Source of the DNA: Chiloscyllium plagiosum
Lineage: Eukaryota
Assembly (NCBI RefSeq): GCF_004010195.1
Contig: NC_057726.1
Location: forward strand, 70,596,532-70,642,057
DNA length: 45,526 nt
Direction of reading: 5' to 3'
This document shows positions 36,990 through 45,526 of this stretch, piece by piece. The position numbers and the translations under genes are program-made. Under the pieces are notes generated by a model, which worked only from the letters and a program-made list of their open reading frames with translations, had not been told where the DNA came from and made no database searches. How positions within the stretch are numbered: position 1 is the first letter of the stretch; every line of letters begins with the position of its first letter.

Positions 36990-38980
36990 GGCCGACGAGG
37001 GTAGTGGCTATTTTGGATTTGATGCTCGGCAATGAGCCGAGACAGGTGTCAGATCTTGCGGTGGGAGAGCATTTTGGTGATAGTGACCACAACTGCCTCA
37101 CATTCGACATAGTAATGGAGAAGGAGAGAAATAGGCATAATGGGAGGATATTTAATTGGGGAAAAGAAACTGTGATGCTCTCAGACGTGAGTTGGGAAGC
37201 ATGAACGGGAGCAATTGTTCCATGGAAAGGGCAATATAGACATGTGGATAGTGTTTAAGGAACAGTTGATGTGAGTGATGCATAAATGTGTTCCTCTGAG
37301 ACAGGCAAGGAAGGGTAAGATAAAGGAACCTTGGATGACGAGACCAGAGGAGCTTCTCGTCAAAAGAAAGAAGGCAGCTTACGTAAGGTGGAGGAAGCAA
37401 GGGTCTTGCTGAACTCTAGAGGATTACAGGCAAGTGAGGAAGGAGCTAAAAATGGTCTGAGGAGAGCAAGAAGGGGGCACGAAAAAGGCTTGGCAGGAAG
37501 GATTAGGGAGAATCCAAAAGTATTTTACACGTATGTGAGGCGTAAGAGAATGATCAAAGAAAGATTAGGGCCGATCAGGGATAGAATAGAGAACTTGCTT
37601 ATAGAGTCTGAGGAGGTAGGGGAAGCCCTAAATGAGTTTTTTGCTACTGTCTTTACTAAAGAAAAGGACCTTGTAGAGGGAGGCAAATGTAATTCCTCTC
37701 TTCAAGAAAGGAAATAGAGAAATCCCCGGAAATTACAGACCAGTCAGTCTCACGTCTGTCCTCTGCAAGGTGTTAGGAAGGATTCTGAGGGATAGGATTT
37801 ATGACCATCTGGAAGAGCATGGATTGATTAAATGCAGTCAGCACAGCTTTGTGAGGGGGAGGTCATGCCTCACAAATCTTATTGATTTCTTTGAGGATGT
37901 TACTAGACAAGTTGATGAGGGTTGAGCGGTGGATGTGGTGTGTATGGACTTCAGCAAGACTTTTGATAAGGTTCCCCATTGTAGGCTCATTCAGAAGGTC
38001 AGAAAGAATGGGATACAGGAAAATTTAGCTGTCTGGATACAGAATTGGCTAGTCGATAGAAGACAGCGAGTGGTAGTGGAAGGAAAATATTCTGCCTGGA
38101 AGTCAGTGGTGAGTGGTGCTCCACAGGGCTCTGTTCTTGGGCCTGTACTCTTAATAATTTTTATTAATGACTTGGATGAGGGATTGAAAGATGGGTTAGC
38201 AAGTTTGAAGATGACACAAAGGTGGGAGGTGTCATTGACAGTATAGAGGACTGTTGTAGGCTTCAGCGTGACACTGACAGTATGCAGAGATGGGCTGAGA
38301 GGTGGCAGATGGAATTCAACCTGGATAAATGCGAGGTGATGCATTTTGTAAGGTCGAACTTGAAAGTTGACCACATGTTTAAAGATAGGGACACTGACAG
38401 TATGCAGAGATGGGCTGAGAGGTGGCAGATGGAATTCAACCTGGATAAATGCGAGGTTATGCATTTTGTAAGGTCGAACTTGAAAGTTGACCACATGTTT
38501 AAAGATAGGATTCTTAGCAGTGTGGAGGAACAGCGGGATCTAGATGTGCAGGTACATAGATATTCTATTTTGATCAAAAACACACAATTTGTAATCAGTC
38601 AGTGTTTGTAATCAGTCAGCATATATATTTTAAGATGCCTTAAAATTGCCACCCAAGTGGACAGGGTTGTTCAGAAGGCATATGGTGTTGTGGCTTTCAT
38701 TAACAGGGGGATTGAGTTTAAGAGCCGTGAGATCTTGTTGCAGCTCTATAAAACTTTGGTTAGACCGCACTTGGAAACTGTGTCCAGTTCTGGTCGCCCT
38801 ATTATAGGAAAGATGTGGATTCTTTGGAGAGGATTCGGAGGAGGTTTACCAGGATGCCGCCTAGATTGGAGTGCTTATCATACGAAGATTGGTTGACTGA
38901 GCTCAGACTTTATTTTTTGGAAAAAATAAGGAAGAGAGGGGACCTAACTGAGGTGTACAAGATAATGAGAAGCGTAGATA
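36990..38980 (+). mobile_element. CR1/HER1 LINE ORF2, degenerate, with a 120-bp tandem duplication (38270-38509)
   Basis: [50 protein letters not shown] twice, RGDLTEVYK. Confidence 0.92.
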
Positions 38981-38982
38981 AC

Positions 38983-40385
38983 GTTAAAAATCACACAACA
39001 CCAGGTTAAAGTCCAACAGGTTTAATTGGAAGCGCACTAGCTTTCGGAGCGACGCTCCATCATCAGGAGATTGTGGAGGGCTCGATCGTAACACAGAATT
39101 TATAGCAAAAATTTGCAGTGTGATGTAACTGAAATTATACATTGAAAAATTGATTGTCTGTTAAGCTATTCATCTGTTAGAATACAGTGATAGTTTCACT
39201 TCTTTCATGTGTAAATCACAAAAGTCTTTTTTTTAAAGTTGCATTCCCGGGTTAGCTGTTAACAATGGTGATAGCTGGACAATATGTTAAAGGTGTTAGC
39301 CCCCTGCGTTCTCTGTCTATGACCTGATGTTTAGGTTGATTCTAATCTAAAAAGTGAGATAACAGAGTTTTACATAAATTCATGCAGTTTTTGAGCTCAG
39401 AGTTCTACATGAATGTATGCAGTTTTTGAGCAAAGTGCAATGTAACTCTGCAAGTACAAATTCACGACACAAAATATATGTGTGCATGTGGGTCTTTGTC
39501 TGTCTGGGGTGGGGCTTGTGAGTGTGAGAAAGTGTGCGTAGTGAGTACAGAGTGTCTTAAGTCTGTGAGGGGGTGCATGTGTGGGAGTGTGTGTGTCTAT
39601 AAGGGTGTGTGTGGGTGTGTGTGTGCGCGTCTGTGTGTAGCTGTGTCCGTGTGTATGTGAGAGTGTGTGTGTAGGAATATCTGTCTGTGTGTGTGTAGTG
39701 CAATGGTGATCACCTGTAATGTGACATGAATCCAAGGTCCCGGTTGAGGCCTTCCCTATGGGTACCGAACTTAGCTATCAGCCTCTGCTCGGCCACTTTC
39801 CTCTGCTGCCTGTCCCAAAGTCCACCTTGGAGGATGGTCACCCAAAGGTCCGAGGCTGAATTTCCTGGACCACTGAAGAGTTCCCCAACTGGGAGTGAAC
39901 CGTCCTGTCTGTTGATTGCTGTGCGGTGACCATTCATCCGTTGTCGTAGCCTTTGCTCGGTTTCCCCAATGTACCATGCCTTTGGGCATCCTTGCCTGCA
40001 ACGTATAAGATAGACAACATTGGCTGAGTCACATGAGTACCTGCCATGTACAAGGTGGGAGGTGTTCCCACCTTGTACATGGTATCTATGTCCACAATCT
40101 GGCACGTCTTGCAGCGTCCACCGTGACAGGGTTGTATGGAGTTGTCCTGAGAGCCAGGCAGTTTGCTACGAACAATGATCTGTTTGAGGTTTGGCAGTTG
40201 TTTAAAGGCAAGTAGTGGAGGTGTGGGGAAGGTCTTGGTGAGGTGCTCATCCTCATTGATAATGTGTTGCAGGTCACGAAGAACATGGTGTAATTTTTCA
40301 GCCCCTGGGAAGTACTGAACAACGAAGGGTACCCTGTCAGTTGCAGCACGTGTCTGTCTCCTGAGGAGGTCATTATGGTTCCTTG
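38983..40385 (-). mobile_element. Penelope-like element family 2, 5'-truncated, with GIY-YIG, CA-rich UTR and pLTR
   Basis: RVPFVVQYFPG, CHGGRCKTC, NVVYLIRCRQGCPKAWYIGETEQ, RMNGHR, EGLNRDLGFMSHY. Confidence 0.92.
39035..39069 (-). ncRNA. Putative minimal hammerhead ribozyme
   Basis: - strand reads cuc-CUGAUGA-u-ggagc-guc-gcucc-GAAAG-CUA-gug: 5-bp stem II, palindromic AGCU, weak stem I. Confidence 0.65.
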
Positions 40386-41608
40386 CCCCCCCACCCCCCA
40401 TAAAAGGGTACTCAGGCTCATGGTCTATATCTCAATATATTGTGATCAAGTTTGATATGCATTTGTGTGCCATATCTCTAAATATAATTATATCGGAGAA
40501 TCTTTTAAATTTAATTAAATAACTTTGTGCCAATTACAGATAACGAATTATTCAAAAAATATCCTAAAGTTTGGAGAAATTAAAAAATTTTAAAGACAGT
40601 GACGATCAGTCACAACGAGCAGGACTCCATTCCCTTTAAGGGTCTAGGTAGTTTCTTGTACACAGGCCATGACTCTAAAGTGATACAAAAATATTAAGGT
40701 AAAATGATAAGGGAAAAAATCGATTGATCTTAATGAAAGGACTGGGATAATAAATAAAAGCTACATGTACACAGTCTGGCCCCTTCATTGCGTAATGAAT
40801 ACCTCCTGATGGCTATCCATTTCAAATATAGGAATGAAGTTAATTGCGAATTTTAAAAATAACCTATCATAAATTATGATCGTTAAGAATTTTGTAATCA
40901 AGTGCCCAGAACTGGGTTGCAGTGCTGAAATAGGCATTTACCAATAACAGGGTCATTAGGACCGATTTTTAAAAATTGATTTGACCCTGTTTGTCAAACA
41001 CGTATTTTTTTGTCACAGTCAGTGGTTGCAGGTGTTTAGTTTTCTGTACGTAATCACACAGTTTATCTTACATTCAGTTAGCTCACATTATTAGCATCCT
41101 AACATGCTCAGTCCAGCCTTGTCATTAGCTCTGTTTACTTCGCTCACACCGCCAAAGTAAACCTTATGCAACCTCCCAACTATAAACCGATTTTGGATCA
41201 CATCCAAATTTAACTAAAATCTTTTCAAAATTGATCCTCAGCAATTCTCAGATCTGCAAAGAGGCGTGTACCATGAGGGGTCATGCAGAAATCTTGAAGC
41301 AGTCACTGGAAGCTATGAAATGAGATGAGCCTGATAGTGATGTTTAATAGATCCAAAATGTAGCTGTTCTATCACTGATAACTCAGGCCAGGAGAAAGAA
41401 ATCAATAAACTCCGAAATTTATAGTCGGCATTCTATGTCATATCGCTAAATTTACTTTGCAACATGTTGTCAGATACCTAACCAAATTAAAAAAACGAAA
41501 GCAGAGTGGCGCTTTTCACTGTCATGTTTTAAACTGGTTCATATAGGTCACAAGGCGTCACACAAAAATAGGAACATGGAAACAGTATTAAAAGTTCACA
41601 TTTCTCAC

Positions 41609-41883
41609 CCTGAATTGTGTAGCTGACACTGGCTGGGAGCTGGAGGGTGTGTGGGAAATGCGGCACATACAAACCGATCCACTCCCCAGATGATTGAGAA
41701 TGCTGAAAACTTTAAATAAACTCCCTTCTTTCCATACGTTTGTGGCGTTGATCTCAGATGCAATTAGGATGTCAGTTTTATACCAAATGACGTGAATTTC
41801 CTCTGGGTAAAAAAGAGCTGTCGTGCAGCGGAGAGTGAGGGACGGAGCGGACAGACATGTAATCTTCATTGGCGTTGGTGGCA
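41609..41883 (-). pseudogene. Ig C1-set domain exon (SIRP/B7-H6-like), with a 1-nt frameshift near the 3' end
   Basis: Acceptor gtgttcacag (phase 1), donor CAGG|gtgaga; VPP..TLRCTTALFYPEEIHVIWYK..LFKVFSIL..CRISH has the C1-set C/FYP/W/CxxxH pattern; 275 nt is not divisible by 3. Confidence 0.85.
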
Positions 41884-43609
41884 CTGTGAACACATTGATG
41901 GGAATTGGTATTAAAGCGGTGTTAGTACATTACAGTGACAAAATAAATGAAAGAACGGACAACCCGAAGAATAATAATCAGGAAATAATAGGACTACTCA
42001 TTTAGTTTGGAAGCTATCGCTCCAGTAAGCACAGTAAGGCACCTAGGAGAACATCTGGTAAACATAAGACCGCTTCCACTCAGGAGGCCAAGCACAGCAG
42101 ATATATGGAAGGGGCACCATCTTCACATTCTCCTCCAGGCCACTCACCATCCTGACTTTGAAATGCCTGTATTGGGCCAACTGTTATTCTGAGCATCCAC
42201 CTACTGACGTTTTAATTTGTGCTGGTTGAATTGTAACTAATATTTTATTCACACAGTGCGAACTGCGATCACAATCACAATGCGTACTTAATGCAGAAAT
42301 ATAACTTATTCGCTTAGTCCATGTGGAGGGCCAATGGGATAGTTGGCACATTGTTTTCTATAGGCCAAACAGAATATGTCTGTTTTCATTCTGCTGACGT
42401 AATCATAAATTTGTGAGAATTAATTATGCATAATTTTTAATGACTCAATGGATTTGGATCGGCTCAGGCTTGGAGGGCCGAAGGGCCTGTTTTTGGGCTG
42501 CAAATGTTCTTTTTTCAGTGCAATGCCATTCCCTGGACAAGTTTGATGTTTATGGGAATGTAGAAATTGAGAGGCAATAAGTGCTCGCGACATCTGCATC
42601 CAATGACTGAACAAACGCAACTGAATATTTCCATTAGAAGGAAAGACTTGTGGAGGTTTAAAACATCGAACAGGCGCATTCTGATTAACTGAGCCTTAAA
42701 TTGGTTCCAGAACATAAACGGTGGCTTCCATCAAGTAGTGTTTGTATGAAGACAAGTGATAAAGAAGATCATTTCTACACTGAACTGATGTGTTTTAAAA
42801 ATATTACTCCTTGATAGTAAGTGCTTGTCGATTGCTGAACTGAGAATGAGGTGTTTCTGTTGTTAAAATTATCTAATTTCTCAACTCTTTATAATATTTT
42901 TCTATAATTAATGCCTTCTCATTGGCGCAAGGATATTTATGACTCTTTCTGTCGTTGTCCTTGAGAAGGTGGTGGGGTGGGGTGGGGGGGACTTCTTGAA
43001 CTGCTGTAATCCATTTGCCTAATCCCATTAAGGAGGGAATTGCTGGATTTTGACACAGTGATTCTAAGGGAACCGTGATAGACTGTAATCTGAATTTTCG
43101 AAGATCCTTGGCAACATTCTTGGTGTATGTCGTGAATTTCAGAGACTCTGTCCCAACATTAGGCTTTGTTGAAAAAAAAGTGTGAAATTAGTTTTGAACC
43201 TTTTCTCATCCTCTGACATCGCTGAAATGTGATCTCTGGGTGCTTGATGTGTTTCTTCGTTTCCTTTCAAGTTGCGTTTGAGACTGTTAAGACTGGAAAG
43301 CACATTTTCAGCTGCATTCCAAGGGGTTTTGCTCCTATCTCACATCATTTTCTGCGTCACTTTTTCGTTTGTATCAAGGTTTCTTCTAAATTAGTCTGGA
43401 CATAGTGCATCACCTTCTTTTGTAGTGCTTGACTAATCTATGTATTCCAACACAAAGCCTATTTTTCTAGCAGGTCTTTGAAAGACCTCATACAGCTTCT
43501 AGCAACCTCAACTTCGTGTTCTTTAATCAAAACTACACTAGATTGACAAATTGGCAGCTGGAATTTTTAAAAATTCATTCACGGATGTGGGTGTCGCTGA
43601 CTATGCTCA

Positions 43610-43950
43610 AAGTTATTCCCCGGCTGCATCGGCAAAGGAACCAACATAATCAAAGACCCCCCCACCACACCTGGTACACTCTCTTCCACTATCTTTGCTG
43701 GGATTGAAGTTATAAACTTTTGTTTACATATATGAACAGGTTCAAGAACAGCTTCTTACCCGCTGTTATCAGACATTTGATTGGTCCTCTTTAATGTTAA
43801 TGCTGATCTCTCTCTCTGACCCTTCTAGGCAGCTGAAACATTGTATCCTGCATTCTGTTCTGTTACCCTGATGCACTTGTATCGTGCTATCTATCTGTAT
43901 TGCACGTAACACAACACCTTTCACTTGTCTGGATACACTTGAGAGAAATA
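43610..43950 (+). mobile_element. Rex1/Babar-like LINE 3' end
   Basis: Remnant of NIIKDP.H, NRFKNSFLPAVIR, and 3' UTR. Confidence 0.65.
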
Positions 43951-43959
43951 ATTAAACAT

Positions 43960-44140
43960 CTCCAAATGCCTTGGCGTGCAGTTAAGAGGCAGCCACTTTG
44001 CAGTTAGTCGGTAATCACATGTAGGCCAGAGCAGGTAAGGAGGACAATTTTCTTCCCTAAAGGAGATTCATGGAACAGGTATCTTTTCCAGCAATGGACA
44101 ACAGTTGCCACGGCGGGATGTGAGCATGTGACTCCAGATA
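43960..44140 (-). mobile_element. Deu-domain SINE relic
   Basis: gcagttaagag...tcacatgtaggccaga.caggtaagga...cttccctaaagg. Confidence 0.6.
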
Positions 44141-44559
44141 ATACCAGGAGGTATTGTTCTCATAAGCAATACATCAAACTATATTCCACTTCCAAAAGCC
44201 CCCTTTAAAATCTGGTATTTTACTTCGAGGAGTTAAACCTAATCTCTGATGTATTCGCTTTACCACCCTGGCACCCCATAACGCATGCTGACTGAAAACT
44301 ATTCGGTCAAAGCATTTCTTTATTCTGGTATTTGTTCATCTCGGTTTTCCCAAAATGCCTTATGCATTAATTTTGCGAAGCATCAGGCTATAATGACATT
44401 CTAGTTCTATAATTACCTAAATAACATCCCAGTCAACATCCAGTGGACAAAATCGATCTTCTGTAGGTGCAACGGAAAATAATTATATATCTTTTGTGCG
44501 TGGTTCCTATGGATGACCTTATGTCATCAAACTGTCTTTAATTCAATTCATCTCTGTTT

Positions 44560-45282
44560 CAAATCATTTCTTGCAGAATGGCATTGGATTACAGTAAACA
44601 CTTTATTTTGACTGATGAGATCCCATGATTCTATAAGTTAGAGCAAGATATCAAAATAATAGTCAGGAGCTGGGGTGCAAGATACCCAGGAGGTAGAAAA
44701 AGCTGTGCAAAAAGGACAAAGTTACAGTAATCATGGGGGAGTTCAACATGCAGGTGAACTTGGAAAATTATTTTGCCGTTGGTTTGCAAAAAAATGAATT
44801 TTTGGAATGTCTACGAGATTGCTTTTTTGGAGCAGCTTGTGGTGGAGCCTACTAGGGAACTGGCAATACTGGATTTCATGATGTGCAATGAGGCAGACTT
44901 GATTTAGGGAGTTGACGGTAAAGGAATCCTGAAGGGGCAGTAACTATGATAGAAATCACCCTACAGTCTGAGAGGGAGCAGCTGGAATCAGATATAATGG
45001 GATAACAAAGATAATTACAAAGATATGAGGGATGAGCTTGTTAGATTTGATTGGATAGGGAGCCAAGCAGGAAAGATGGTGCGGCAGTACGAGAGGCACA
45101 GCAGTAAGTCATCCCAAGGAAGAAGAAACATATTAAGAGGAGCATGACCTTCCCTTGACAAAGCTGTGTTGACTTAATCACATGGCTGACAAGGGAAGTC
45201 GGGTACAGCATAAAAGAGAAAGTAAACAATGTGGTGAAATTTACTGGGAAGCTAGAGGATTGGAAAGTCACTGAAATCCAGC
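44560..45282 (+). mobile_element. CR1 endonuclease-region fragment
   Basis: IMGEFN, LEQLVVEPTRELAILDF and PWLTREV-like remnants. Confidence 0.75.
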
Positions 45283-45526
45283 TGTAGTCATTGTAACCAG
45301 GTGGATCACATTGATTATGAGATTCTTGACTGGGGCTGTTAACCTGGGCCATTCAGGGACCCCTGGCTGACAGATATAAACAGGAGAGCCACCCGGGTGT
45401 TTTCCTATCTTCCTGGTGGTGGAAATTGAATAAAAGATTCGTGCACTGTGTCCTTCACTGTGTCTCACACCTGCACACACACACACCATGGGTGCTGGGG
45501 AAAAAAATAAGCAAAAAAAAAAGAAA
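45283..45526 (+). mobile_element. LTR-like insertion interrupting CR1, cut off by the window end
   Basis: Starts TGTAG, then TATAAA (~45375), AATAAA (45429-45434) and a CA-rich tract. Confidence 0.4.

Noticed and set aside
39397-39735. His/Thr-rich ORF
   Set aside because: Translation of the CA/TG low-complexity Penelope UTR
45268-45489. ORF that could be the V exon of the C1 gene
   Set aside because: No Ig C/W/YxC pattern; it lies in an LTR-like insertion

Overview
Repeat-dominated eukaryotic DNA, almost certainly a cartilaginous fish (shark), inferred from HE1-type SINEs, HER1/CR1 LINEs, Deu-domain SINE relics and two Penelope-like element families. Nearly all ORFs in the supplied track are decayed transposon fragments: CR1, Tx1-like, Rex1/Babar-like, Penelope GIY-YIG, an ERV env/LTR remnant and a TA-flanked MITE. 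Between the repeats are short exons of an Ig-superfamily paired-receptor (SIRP-like) locus, most of them missed by the ORF track. On the + strand: a duplicated transmembrane exon with an Arg-containing, FcR-gamma-type motif (intact at 29481-29594, frameshifted at 22006-22112), a short stop-containing tail exon (31469-31494), and two exons encoding a SIRP-alpha-like ITIM/ITSM/ITIM tail whose joining splice donor reads GA instead of GT (32690-33072). On the - strand: a frameshifted C1-set Ig exon (41609-41883). This looks like an inhibitory receptor partway through conversion to an activating one, or a dual-signalling receptor. Many Penelope terminal repeats carry minimal hammerhead-ribozyme motifs, and two ~130-140 bp solo units have their own target-site duplications. 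All calls were made by eye, and TE boundaries are approximate.
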